From contig OZ037770.1 of the NCBI GenBank assembly GCA_964035545.1, positions 8,438,973 to 8,502,972 of the forward strand: a DNA stretch of 64,000 nucleotides, in the 5' to 3' direction. The notes beneath the pieces were generated by a model, which saw only the letters and a list, made by a program, of their open reading frames with translations, was not told the origin of the DNA and did no database searches. Positions 1 to 25,000 of this stretch are shown here, piece after piece; within the stretch, counting starts at the first letter, position 1, and every line of letters begins with the position of its first letter. Made by a program: the position numbers and the translations under genes. This stretch comes from Bugula neritina (Eukaryota; Animalia; Bryozoa).

Positions 1-10419
<10,419 letters not shown>

Positions 10420-10584
10420 CTACAAGCACATTACTGCCTAGTTCTTTGATCTCCACACACAGCCTAGAATCTGTGCACCAAGTGGGTTAAACATAACCAC
10501 CAGATTTAAATTAAATCTGTAATTCTGTAATTGAATGCTTACATAAGAAATCTTTACTCTGTGTGAGTTCAATCTTGCACAGCC

Positions 10585-10695
10585 TAGTATGTACCCCACT
10601 ATTTACCCTACTGTCTACCCCACTATGTATCCCACTACGTACGCCACTGTGTACGCCACTGTGTACCCTACTGTGCACACCACTGTGTATCCCCT
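10585..10695. repeat. 12-bp degenerate tandem repeat
   Basis: Unit close to cactgtgtacgc / cactatgtatcc. Confidence 0.8.
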
Positions 10696-11664
10696 GCCTC
10701 CTGTTGTTGAAGTCCAGGGAAGAGAATGAAACACTATGCTCTAAGCATGTTAGTAGCTCAGTTAAATTATGTAATAGAGTCATCTGAAGATGACCCAAAT
10801 GTTTGTAGATATATGGCAACACGTTGTATCAACAGAGAGACTTTATAACTTGCGATATGAAAAAATGAAGAAACAACTCTCAATTTTTATTTTATTTTTT
10901 TTAAAAACACAACTTTGTTGCTTTTACTACCATCTTAATAAGACGTAAACGCTGTGATAAACATTCTGTAATATAATAGCATATCAGATGCCGCTTTTAT
11001 CACAAATTCCATCCGGTAGAAAGCTAGCATTATGTTCACGTTCCAAGATCGGGTATCTTCATGGGTGAATACCAACAACAGTAGAAGGCTAATGTTACAT
11101 TCATGCAGTTATAGAATTTCAGTCATTCATCCCTTGAAATGTGTAGCAGCTGCTTATAGGGAGTAAGTAATGCCATCCACCTACTACATGGGTCATATCT
11201 TAGCATTATGCTATCTTCTAATAAAACTTAAAATGACACACGCATTGTTCTTGGTGGAACAGCTAGTTATACTCATACTATTATTATCTGCTGTATAAAA
11301 ATGTTTTACACAATACTTTTGAGCTCTAAGTTATATCATAAACTAAATTATCATTTTTGAAAAGTGCAAGATTTAATGTTTCACTGCATTTTCATTCGAA
11401 TTCTGAATTTTTCATTCAATGTTTGGTAACAGTTTCGTGGAACGAGACCATAAGCTGATGCAAATCTCAACCACAACCTCATCCATACAAGCATCCATGT
11501 AATCCATTCGAAGCTATGCAAGTGTTTATGCAACATGCTAAAATATGTAGCAGTATGACAATAGGGCTATATTTCTACATGTGTCTAGGATTCATTTCAC
11601 TTTTAATGTTTCAATTGTTCACAAGCACTATTTATATTTAACTCATTCAATGATATCAAGAGCA

Positions 11665-11865
11665 TGTACACACATACCATCTACATACAATGATACACAC
11701 ACACGCACACGCACACGCACACGCACACACACACCATCTACTTACAATGATACATCTACACACATACCACCTATTTACAATGATACATCTACACACATAC
11801 GATCTGCTTACAATGATACATTTACACATATACCACCTACTTACAAAGATACATTTACACACATT
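11665..11865. repeat. 33-bp tandem repeat interrupted by a CA microsatellite
   Basis: Unit close to acacataccatctacttacaatgatacatctac. Confidence 0.8.
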
Positions 11866-13009
11866 ATGAGGGATTTGCTATAATAATTTTGCCCCATGTC
11901 ATTACATCATATAATTCACTAAGCATTTTAATGTGGCATTTAGAATATATACCACACATTAAACAACATGTAAATGTTGTCTGAAACAGTAATATAATGT
12001 CTTCAAAAGTTATGTTCATTCTATAAGCTAACAATTTGCTTTGAACTATACACTTTAAACTAGAAACTGGGCGTACAGCAATCTCATACTGGAGTAGAGA
12101 ATGATTCAAGTGGATTGAAAGGGTTTCAAAGGATTCATCAGGAGTTTTATAAGAAATCTTGTGATATTGCTGAAAAAACACTCCTTTGCAGCTGACTATT
12201 TTTATACACTTCCCTTTTTCACAAGATGTGATTATTGCATTTTTCTGCAATTGGTTCTCTACTACAACTAAAGGGGCTTGTACAGATCCTGGACTTGTAG
12301 ATGAAAGACATAACCAAGGTGCTAAGCCTCAACTCAACATTGACTCAATGAAAGCTGATCTCAGCAACAATATTCCTTTTTCATATGTCATTCCGTGTGA
12401 TAATCTTTGCTATGTATAATGTTAATTCCCTGGATCAGCGTAAACCAATTTCCTTATTTAATTTAAAGATTCTACGCAGGTCATAGTATTTGTATATATT
12501 TGCAATACCACAGTGGTATTTTACTTTAAATCTGTGATTTATCATGCTGGCTACCCGCACACATCTCTAAGCTGTGCACAAAGTAACTGAGTGGTGATTT
12601 AGAAATACTATTTCATACATTCCCACGCAATCAGAACCTAAAATCTAAACAACTTTCAATTTAGCAATAAAATAATTTGGCAGATGGAAGCAAAGGTGAG
12701 CCATTCAAGCATACCAAATGGTAAAAGCCGAAGTCCGACCAAACAAGTAGTTTTCAAGGGTATTTGTAGTAAACACATTGCGCCATTTCTAAACAGGTGC
12801 AGTTAAAAGAGACTTACATGCTGCTCCAAACTGCTCAGGTGACACTAAAATTAGCGTTCAGACATTTGTAGTCAGAAAACCATCATTACTTGTTATATTC
12901 TGTTGATGAGTTTTAGCTGCGACTAGAGAGCAAAATGACTCGCAAAAGTTTATATAGTCAGTGTCGCTGTGAGAAACCCCTGATAGAAAGATTTCTTGTT
13001 AAATTGGGT

Positions 13010-13150
13010 TAAGAACTTATTCAGATGGGGCACAGGAGCAAGTATGACTGGATGCTCTTCCTAACATCACCAATGGCCTTTACTGAGAATAGAGGCCCAT
13101 GACTTCCGGCTCGCTAAGCCAAAAGCTCTAACCACTAAAACAAGGCTGCT
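13010..13150 (-). mobile_element. tRNA-derived SINE-like element, copy 2
   Basis: gcacaggagcaagtatgactggatgctcttcctaacatcaccaatggcctttactg is the reverse complement of the 6968 copy. Confidence 0.65.
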
Positions 13151-16100
13151 TCTTGAGAGAACAAAATACCACCGGGTTATTAATGCTCAAACTAGGATCA
13201 TTGTTGTTGCTTATAGGAAGGCTAAACTGTAGACTTTGAAATTAAGCTTTAACTCACAACTCTAGAGATCTAATTAAAACTCAGCCTATTATCATTAAGC
13301 TAATAACTTTAGCTGAGAAAAACTTAAATTGTTATTGCGATTTTGTAAGAAACTAGCACTCCCAAGGAGTTGATATTATCCAGTTTCAAGTGATAACAAC
13401 ATTGACTGTCTACCCTTTGATCACGAACTCATGGTATTAAATTTACCTTGGAGAAAGTTTTCCATCGTGTCTTTGCTAGACATTGGTCGTTCAACTCAGC
13501 AGGTAGTCTACAAGAGGATATGATGCTTATAGTTACTTCGGCATTTTACTCAATTTGTAGAATAATATATATAATGCAACAAACAAGCAAAAGAAAGCGA
13601 GAGACCACACCTCAAGAACAAAGACATTAAACTGCAAAAGTTATTATTTGAATAATTTTTTAATAAATTGTCAGTTTTTTCTAATCAGATCTTATCCTGC
13701 AAGATGTTACAGTTGATTGCCAAAAAAATGTTAAATCATCGATTTATAATATCAGCAATAACAAAGGTAGAGAACGAAACATGTAGCAGAAAGATATAAA
13801 GTGCTATTAGTTTACTATTTCTTTAGTTTTAAATATGTATATATACATTTCCAGCTTTCTGTACAATAAAAATCACTACGAAAAAACCAAATAATGTGTT
13901 TTAGTAATTCTAGAAAATAGTTATACACTTAAAAATAGAGCAATTGTATGTGCATCCTCTACCTTTATTCTACCAAATATGTTACCAGAACCAAACCCAT
14001 TTCCTAGGAACATAACTTTTTTTTAGCTTGCCTTTATGCTAGAAATATTACTAGCTTTTAAAGAAGTTTTTCAAATTGCATGTCAGGTTTCTACATTTAC
14101 ATTATGACTAGGGCGGGGGGGGGGGTCATGACTAGGGCAGGGGAGGGTTAAGAGAACATGGCAGTAGCCTCTACTAGGGGTAAAGTTACACAGACACTAG
14201 ACATGCCACATTTGCATAAATGCCGAGTTGCATATTATTCTTCCAACTAGTTCCGACAGTTATCCATTTATCACACTCCAGGTAACTGTTTTTTATTTTA
14301 ATATAACATGCTATAAGCTTTAAAGTGGCTCAAGCAAAAGGTCATGGCCGCAAATTTCTTAAACCTCAAGTGCCTATTTGGAAAAAATTCAATGAATTAT
14401 AATTTCGCACATAGATAAATATAAAGAGTTATATAGGTAGATGCAATAGTGATGGTAGTGGTGATGCTGAAGGTTGATAGTGATGGTGATGGTGGTTGTA
14501 CTGGCAGTGTTACAGAGAAAGTAACTGATGAATTGAATAAGGTAATGAACTGACTAAAGAGAAATTATTAAATAATTTTGGCACAGTTTGAAAAGGTGAC
14601 CGAATTAAACGCCCGAAGGAAGTACAAATCATGATGTCACTTCTGCTTAAAATTGAGTCAGACACAACATGGTAACATCTTTTATACGTCAAATATGTTG
14701 GACATATTAGTAATGCAGTTAGGATGAATATATGTGGAATAATATTTAATAAATGACCCGAACTGAAATAAATCAGTGGGTTAATTGTGTGTGGAATTTA
14801 TATGGCCATTTACATCTCCCTCCCAAGTTCTTTGACATTAGGCATATAATAGCGTATCAATCATAAGCCATGGGAAATAAATGTAATGTATATAAGCATT
14901 ATAGTTTGTTGAGTAAAAGTGGTCAACGATTACTGACATGTATGGCTATACTGCATAATTTGTTTGTTGATAGCAATCTCTAAATCACTGGTTAGCTATT
15001 ATACCAAATTTCAGAATTACACAGTTATATCGATTCATTTATTTTAGTAAATAGATGAACATTAGTTACAAATATACTAATAATATATTAATTAATGAAA
15101 CTTGTCTTCAAAAGACTAAAATCAATTAATTTGGTAAGAAATAGCATATCTTGTAAGTTTAAAACCTAATTAATATTGTGTTTAGAATTCTAAAACTATG
15201 AGCCAAGAAAACTGACTGTCCTGTTTTGACTTTTTCAAACTTTCCTTTTCAGAAATGTCGTAATATTTTAGACACGTGCCAACAGGTGTTTGTTTCTACT
15301 CCATACCACAAGCTTTCAGAATAAATACGGCTCTTTCAATCAACCCACATGAATGCTCCTAGAATTACTTCACGACAACACATTCCTCTTGATTTCATTA
15401 TACGGTGCTTTATAATCAACCAATTGAGTTATTTGGTTCGTGTCAACTCCACTTCACCCTGAAGATGCTATATGGCTATAATGCATAATTTACCTGTAGT
15501 CCACTTATACTACATGCTGTATATCACATATACTTTAGCTTGTGGTCTATTTATTAATTATATGTTCCAGGAAAAAGCTTGTCTGTGAAATATTAATTAG
15601 ACTGATAACCTAAAACTGTGCCTACTATACTGTGGTTGTCCCTCTAAGAATCTCATACCCAGCACCAGCACAAACAGTTACATGCAAGGTCAAAGATAAA
15701 CTTATTGTTAGAAAGCCCGTTATGTTTAGCTAGTTTAAGAAAACCTATTTTCTGCGCTCAAATTTTAAACCTGTAATCCTCGTTGTAATCTATTTGCTAT
15801 GCATCTGGTATCGGCAACGAAGCATATTATGATTGGTTAAAAATGAACCGAGTTACTGTTTGTTCCGAACACCCCTGAGTTCAGACCTTGAGCACTTCAT
15901 GAAATAAGGTCAATTCTCAATTTAAAATTTCATTATGATATTTACATAACGTACAAACTTAATGCTAGTGGTGGTACTTAAGATCTATAATCTCATTGAG
16001 CAGGAAGACCCATAACTTGATATGTTGGCGTAACAATACTATATTGTATTCAGGGTGGAGTAGAGTATACACGACATTAATAAATCAAATTAGTGTTAAA

Positions 16101-17514
16101 TATTTTAAATTACCATCTACTGAGAGATGATATATTACTAATAGCAAGTGCAAGAAAGAAAACTTAGATTGTCTCATCTTAAACAGCTAGTAAGTCTTAA
16201 GTTAATCTTATACAATATCCTCAAACATCTCAGGGTACATCAACTAGGCTGGAGCTACAACGTATATATGTCTATGAAGAAAAGAGATGTATAGTTTCCA
16301 TAAAAAGGCAGTGTTGATGGTAAAAGAAATAGTAGCTTAGAAAATTCTACCTGTTTAACAAGCACAACATATATTAAATATTCTATTGAATGATAAATAA
16401 ATACAGAAGGTTTACCTATATCTTTGAAGAGCTTAAGAAAGTTTATAAACCACCTTAAGGTATAGTTATATAAAAATTTGTGTTTTCTTATTTCAAGCAA
16501 ATTATAAATAAATGTACGATTTTGATAATCATATTTTCTATAAAACCTGCACACCTTGAAACAAAATATTGATATGCTCATAATGAAATAGTGTGTCCAA
16601 GCATTTCTATGAAAATGTTATAACAAAGTTGTAAAGCAAAGTGTTTTTCAAGCTTTGTGCTTTATTATTGTAATGCGATGAAAATAGACAACGAAAAGAG
16701 CAAATTTTAATCTAGGTGCATATTATTCTAGCCATAGACCGTAAGGGAATAGACCACAACAATATAAAGTGGCAGCTTTCAATCTATGCATTTTAATACT
16801 AGACCAAATAGAGTGCTGTTGGAAGAATGGAATAACGGCGTTCTACATAATATGGTGGTTATTGTAATATGCTAGTATGACACTGCTTACTTAGCAGCTT
16901 CACTTCTGCTGCTGCCGCTGTCTACCTGTGTGCAGTGTTCGGCACGAGTTCAAATGTACCACTGCTTGTTGCATAGTTACATTATTAAACAAAAACACAT
17001 AGCAACATACACTACGTTGCACTGAACAAAACATTGAAATACCTTTACCATATATAAGGTTTAAGGAGTAAATTCATGCTATCTTACCTTCTTGGATTGA
17101 GCTGGAGTTGGGAGATTAGGACATATTTTTCAGGTTGACTGCAGGTAAAAGCGCAGGTAAAAGATGTAACACTTGAATCAGGGGTTATATACCATGTGAA
17201 TATAGAAAGGTACTGACTATGTTTATGAATAGCGAGGAGTTATGGCTAGTGAAAGAGTTGAGATTCAGTAGCATTATGAATACTTTCTCTATGCAGATAT
17301 TAAATGGATGAATGAATTCATCAATCATCAGTGTGTGCTGGAGGCTGAGTTTGGATAATGCGGCATAAATCATTTCTAGCCAATGATGTGCCACAGACGA
17401 ACTCCTTCATTACAATCTGCATACTATATATTCGAAAGACAATAGGATTCCCGTGTTTGAATATTTAATTGAGGGTCATAACACAAGACAATGCAATCAT
17501 ATAATTAATGTAGT

Positions 17515-18170
17515 ATTACAATATACTAGTAACTTACTATACTATACTAGTAACTTACTTACTATACTATACTAGTAACTTACTATAGCATACTAGTAAC
17601 TTACTATACTACACTAATAACTTGCTATACCATACCAGTAACTCACTATATCATACTAATTACTATACCAAACTAGTTACTTACTATAGCATACTAGTTA
17701 CTTACTATAGCATACTAGTAACTTACTATACTATACTAGTAACTTACTATACCATACTAGTAACTTACTATAGCATACTAGTTACTTACTATAGCATACT
17801 AGTAACTTACTATACTATACTAGTAACTTACTATACTATACTAGTTACTTACTATAGCATACTAGTTACTTACTATACCATACTAGTAACTTACTCTAAC
17901 ATACTAATTACTTACTATAGCATACTAGTTACTTACTATACCATACTAGTAACTTACTATAGCATACTAGTTACTTGCTATGTCATTCTAATTACTTACT
18001 ATAGCATACTAGTTACTTACTATAGCATACTAGTAACTTACTATACCATACTAGTTACTTACTATACTATACTAGTTACTTACTATAGCATACTAGTAAC
18101 TTACTTTACTACAGTAATAACTTACTATACCATACTAATCACTTACTATACCATATTAGTAACTTACTAT
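17515..18170. repeat. 21-bp minisatellite, about 31 copies
   Basis: Unit atactagtaacttactatagc; produces the spurious ILVTYYS ORF. Confidence 0.95.
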
Positions 18171-19060
18171 GGCATATAAATTATAACTCTAGGATTGCCC
18201 TCTCTTAGTGTAGCAGTTATCTTCACGTTTAACCAATAAATGGTAGCTTTCATAAACAATAAAAACTTTCTCTTTAAAGTCTGGTGTAAAGAATCTGTTT
18301 TGAAAAAAACTTTTTCAAAATTATGAGCTTCCAAATACTATGAGCTACATTTAGTAGCAGTGCTAGTAGTCTTGTTAGAGGGAAGGTTTGTGCTTAGCTT
18401 CAATTGACAAAATTTTTTTTCAAAATATCTTATTCCACTAGTTACTCTTAGTTCTGTTAGAATTTAGATCTAGAATTTAGTTTGACTTCAATCTAAAATC
18501 TTGAATTTGCATTTAGGCTCAAAAGGCGATTGCTTCAGTTCAATTAGAATTGCTGCTATTTGAAGACAACCTGTAACTTTGCACCTCAAACTATTGTTAC
18601 CCTCAAGTGGGTATGAGCTTTCACATGTAAAACTTAGCATTGGCTCCCCCCCCCCCACCAGCAGTAAGTATATGCTGAAAAATTCTACCAGTCTGATGGG
18701 CTGATAGTAGGTGACCATTAGTATTCAGACTGCAACTAGGATATTGACTAGGATATTGTACCTGAGACTAAATTCTATTCTAGTAAAGTTGATAGTTGAT
18801 TCTGAATCATGATCAAAGAACGATGTGTAGTTGAAGAGACCACTGTATTTATATACTCATAAAATAAAACAGATAATGTGGTTGTGAGCATAAAAGATAT
18901 AATAGTGAGCTGCTATTGACTAACATTATATCATTAGTGACATTATATTGCTAACATGTATAATTGAATTGCATAGGAAGCAGTAACAATTCATTTACCA
19001 TGTTAAAAGCCATCTAGTATAAATTTTAAAGTAGAAAGTCAAATGAAGACAACCAATCAG

Positions 19061-22000
19061 CTAGCAGCAATGGAGGTTGATCAGTCTTCGGAGTCGCCTA
19101 CTCAAAGCTCCAATATAACCAAAATGAGTTCTTTTACTGGCATAACACTACAACACAACAAACAGTGAAATATTTACACTATACAAAATGTATACAAAGT
19201 ATAGCATTAGACTAGGTATGATATGTGTGTAGCTCTTAGCATGTGGTGGTATATCACAATATGTAGTGCATAACACAATGCGCCATGTATTACATACAGT
19301 GTATAATACAGTACTACACACACACACCTGTTCAATGGCAGCAAGTTTCTGTAACAGGGGCTCATCAATCACACTGGGAGTTGCCTCCTTTAACGTGTCA
19401 AGTTCCTCTTGAGTAATTCCACTGGAAATGTTAGACTTGGGCTTATCTTGCTCAGTGGAGCTCACATTTAGTGACTTCTCTACAAACAAACCAGAAATGT
19501 AACAAATCACTGGTCTGTAGAAGATAAGCTACATCATATATTATTATATTCGGTAAATGTAAACTCCATTGTGAACACACGTGGCTCCTTCCTTGGTAGC
19601 CAATACATGTTATAGACCTGAGATTCGGTGGTTAAGATGTCAACAGAAGTACTAGAAATGAGCAGGGCATGCCCCATGTGACTCAAACTCTACAGGTTTT
19701 CACGGGAACTTCTTTAGTGAGTTTTTGCTATCTGTGAGAGTATCAACAAGTGTAGAGAGGCAAGAAGAGTGAGAGTGGGACTGAGAGGGAGAGAGTGGGA
19801 GGGGAATTGGGAGGGGAATTGGGAGTGGAAGAGACGAAGAAGAGTGAGAGAGAGAGTGGGAGGGGGACTGAGAGAGAGAGTGGGAGGGGACTGAGAGAGA
19901 GAGTGGGAGGAGAGGTAGAAGGAGAGGGAGATGCAAACAAAAGGGGAAACAAGCAGGAGAATGTTTCGTTTCATTGCAAGCTGGTCATGTAACATAAATA
20001 GTAAATAGTAGGGCTAATAAAGTAAATACTAGAGAAGTAGGCTAGCCTTAGTTCCAACCTGTGAGATGCCTCATAGAGGATACGTTGCTGTGATGTGCCC
20101 TAAACAGACTAGTGTCGCGGTTCTCTGGTATACAGTTGGTGAGATAGAAGTCTAAGTGTCTCCATACGATGTACAGACTATTCTCTAGTATTAAACACAG
20201 CAGCTGTATGATGGACGTCTGACGCTCCAGTCTGTCCCGCACTTCCTGTTTGGTCTCCATAGCAACAGCATCACTGCCGGTTTCACCTCTTCCAGCCTGC
20301 ATTGACATAAAATACATACGATTTTGGTGCAACTCAAAGAATCAAACTCTAGAAGTGGTGGCTAGAAGCACAACTGATGGAGACATATTTGATGTCTGTA
20401 AATATCAAACACTCAATAGTTTAGGTTTCTCATATGTTATATGTTCACCTCTTAGGGTGAGTCTGGTAACATTACCTGCACTGTGGGGTGCACTGGTTAA
20501 ATCAAGGTCAAACTATATGGCAGACAAAAAAAAACTGTCCCAGAATTAAATCTATGCTGTTTGAGATTTGGCTTAAAGAAGACTCCAGACTGACTATATG
20601 CTTTCTATGTGTACTGCGCACACCACACATAGTAACCTTTCAGATATATGGTAGGGGGAAGGGGGGAGGGTAGGGGTAGACCTACCTCACTGCAGTCTGA
20701 CAGGGAATCCAGTCTAGTTTGTAGCTGTTTGTGGTCATCTAGAGCGTCCAGTAACTTGGCAGATGCCTGTTTGATTTGTATGACCATGAGAGAGAGACTA
20801 GGGGGAGCTAGTGAGTTGGATGACCAGTAGTCTGTGTAATATCATAATATAATACAGTACAGTATAATATAATACAGTATAGTATAATATAATACAGTAT
20901 AGTATAATATAACACAGTACAGTATAATATAATGCAGTATAGTATAATATAATACAGTATAGTATAATATAACAGAGTATAGTATAATATAACACAGTAT
21001 AGTATAATATAATACAGTATAGTATAATATAACGCAGTATAGTATAATATAATACATTATAGTATAATATAATACAGTATAGTATAATATAATACATTAT
21101 AGTATAATATAATACAGTATAGTATAATATAACGCAGTATAGTATAATATAACACAGTATAGTATAATATAACACAGTATAGTATAATATAACGCAGTAT
21201 AGTATAGTAATAAGCTCACCACGAGACGTAGACTTGGAGGTGAAGTCTCCTTGATCTAATGCTTCGGAAAGGCTAGGCCCAAACAGCACCCGGCAATACG
21301 AAGGATCGTGAGTGCTGTTGGCTACGACATTGCGACAGTAAGTTGATATGTTGGCAGCTATTTCATGCACGTACACAGTCATCTACAATGTATAGTGAAG
21401 CTGTGAACATACATGTCAGAGAGAACTGCTTATAAGTACTGAGAGCATGGAGTATTGGTCTATTGGTACTTGAAGTATATAATGTATAAATATTCTATAG
21501 TCTGAGTATATATTTCTAGACTAAATACTTGCATTGCGAGTAATAATAACTACTCTAAATTGGGCTTTTATGAATAATCTAAATTAGATAGTATCAGCAT
21601 CTAAAGACACCCAGGAATTACATATCTAAATTTGGTATCACAGCTATCTATAAATAGATGTTGTATTACAGTTATCTATAAATAGATGTTAGTGTTACAG
21701 TAATATATAAATAGATGTTAGTATTACAGTTATCTATAAATAGATGTTAGTATTACAGTAATCTATAAATAGATGTTAGTATTACAGCTATCTATAAATA
21801 GATGTTAGCATTACAGCTATCTATAAATAATTGTTAATATTACAGTCATCTATAAATATATTTCAGTGTTAGAGTTATCCCCACAACACTCACTTGACAT
21901 CTCTCTGACTCATCCAGTGACTCCTGAGCTCCAAACATCTTCATCCAGTCGTCTACTAGAAGGTACTTAGAGATCAAGGAGCCCAGTCTTCTCTGTATAC

Positions 22001-25000
22001 GAGATACTTGACCTCTAAACATCAGTTCTCTCTCCTCTTCACTCTGTGACACTAAATTATGAACAGAAGTTGGGAGTATTTCACACAAACAAGTAGCAAA
22101 CTGGAAACACCATTACATTCTCCTCTCATGTACATACAGTGTGACAATATCCACTAGCAGATACACTAAATAGCACAGAACATATTGGGTTACTTTACTT
22201 TATATAGTACACAGCCGCAAAATAAGACCGAAAATTAAAATTGGTTAAAAGTAATAAAAATGTAACAGGCTGTGGTATATACTTTTATGCAGATACAAAA
22301 TATGTATAGGAAAAAAGGCTGAGAAGGAATCTTGCAACAATATAATACATTTAACTAACATATTGGTAATACAAATGTTGACAGTAACAAACTACCTTGA
22401 AATCTATTTTGTTTAAAATTTAAACTATGGCTATAAAATAAAAATATTGATACATTTTGTGTGTAATTTGAAAGATTAAAAGCTGTACTATTAGTAAAAT
22501 ATAAAACACACTTTAGAAAATTATATGGCTTACAGCTTACTAACCGTGACGAAAAAATCATAACGAAAACCTCCGATTTGTTCTCTAAAAATTCAACTGA
22601 AAGAGTGGAAAATGTAGCAAATTTAAAAGATATTGATTGAAAAGTTTCATTTGTTAACAAATTATTAATTTTAGACAAAAAGAAACATTTAGACCAGCAG
22701 CTATAATTCTATAAACTATACAAAATCCAGTAAAGTAAGGTGACGAGAGAGATATTCACAGGAAGTTGTCACAAGCAAGTGACTCACCGGCAGTGAAAGA
22801 TGCGGCTCGACAGAGAACAGCTGTAAGGAGAGACAACTCCTCGAGTGAGTCACACGTCTCCAGAGTCTGACCCCTGAGAGAGCTGTGGAACACGTCGCCG
22901 TGAGCTACTATGAACTTCATCACCTGTAGGAGACAACCAGACTTGGTTTACCTGTGTCTCACTTGGTAACAGGTGATGTACACTTGGGAAACCTTCTTCA
23001 GTATAGAAACTGATAGAATGAAATAATTAGCATATTGATGCAAATCAATTAAATAAAAATGTATTTGTAACTAAGAAACACTTACATTTAGCAGTCGGTT
23101 TGAAATAATTTCAATAAAAATGAATTTTTACAACTAGCTAATCGAAATATTTTAAAATTTAAGAAGCAAAATTACTTGCTTGTTTTTGACCAAATGAAAA
23201 AAATTGCTATATATTTATTCCTATAAATAAAAGTTCCAAATATGCACGATGGCTAAGCTGCAATAACCTCAACATCTTTAAAACCCAGACTAGAGGACCC
23301 TGAATCATAGGCTAAGAATAATCCCACATGTTGCACAGATGTTAGATGTTAGGTATCCTATAACTTACCTATATATACCTGTATATATACCTCACCTGGA
23401 CAGTATATACTGTATATATAACTTACCTGGACAGTATATACTGGATATATAACTCACCTGGTCAGTATATACTGTATATATAACTCACCTGGTCAGTATA
23501 TACTGTATATATAACTCACCTGGTCAGTATATACTGTATATATAACTCACCTGGTCAGTATATACTGTATATATAACTTACCTGGTCTCAGTATATACTG
23601 TATATATAACTCACCTGGTCAGTATATACTGTATATATAACTTACCTGGTCAGTATATACTGTATATATAACTCAACTGGTCAGTATATACTGTATATAT
23701 AGCTCAACTGGTCAGTATATACTGTATATATAGCTTACCTGGTCAGTATATACTGTATATATCACTCAACTGGTCAGTATATACTGTATATATAACTTAC
23801 CTGGACAGTATATACTGTATATATAGCTTACCTGGTCAGTATATACTGTATATATCACTCAACTGGTCAGTATATACTGTATATATAACTTACCTGGTCG
23901 GCTGCATTCTCGTTCTCTGTGCCCAGAGAGATGAGGACAGTCTGACAGAGTTTGAGGCAGGGGAGGAGGATCTGACGATACCGAGAGCTGACGGAGGGGT
24001 TGAACCCCTCACAATCCATGGAGTCGGCAGCGGAGAGTCTGTATTAGATATGTATAAGTATGTCCTCAGAATGAATAGTGAGCAGTGGGTATATACAGTG
24101 GTATGAGAGTGGTAGCAGTAGTAGTAGTAGTAGTAGTACTAGTAGTAATAGTAGATACTTGCCCATGACTGAGGTTGGGTTTAGCATCGTAGACTGAGCA
24201 CTCAGCTAGCCGCATCATCAGCCCAGAGTTGAGGAGGGCGGAGGCCCCCTGAGCCGTCATAGCCAGCCGACTGAGCAGGGACATGGTGCTCTCATAGATG
24301 TACAGGTGACGGAGGGGCTGGGCAGGGTCCAGACTCTGTACCAGAATGTTATCTGACTGAACCTGGAACACATAATACAGTATACTTACATATAACACAC
24401 TGTGATTACATATAACACACAGTATACTTACATATAACACGGTATACTTACATATAACACACTGTACTTACATATAATACTTACCAAGGATTCAAGTAAG
24501 TGTCTGATGTAGCCATGGGAAGACATAAACCTGAGCACATGACAAGATGGAGGGTCCAAAGCTGAGAGACTGTCCAAACATGACAGAGCCAGCATCTGTA
24601 TGTGGATTATATAAATAATATAGTAATACACTACACAGTAACACACTATACAGTAATACATTATACAGTAATACACTATGCAGTAATAGAATATACAGTA
24701 ATAGAATATACAGTAATACACTATACAGTAATACACTATACAGTAATAGAATATACAGTAATAGAATATACAGTAATACACTATACAGTAATACACTATA
24801 CAGTAATACACTATACAGTAATGCACTATACAGTAATACACTATACAGTAATACACTATACAGTAATATACTATACAGTAATACACTATACAGTAATATA
24901 CTATACAGTAATACACTATACAGTAATACACTATACAGTAATATACTATACAGTAATATACTATACAGTAATACACTATACAGTAATACCGAATACGTTG

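Noticed and set aside
14105-14150. G-quadruplex-like G runs
   Set aside because: A short duplication with a poly-G tract and no functional context.
17622-18179. 185-aa ILVTYYS repeat ORF, and similar ORFs at 20798, 24428/24602, 32716, 40135/40149 and 46787-49216
   Set aside because: Open frames arise from stop-free minisatellite units; most lie within introns defined by conserved flanking exons.
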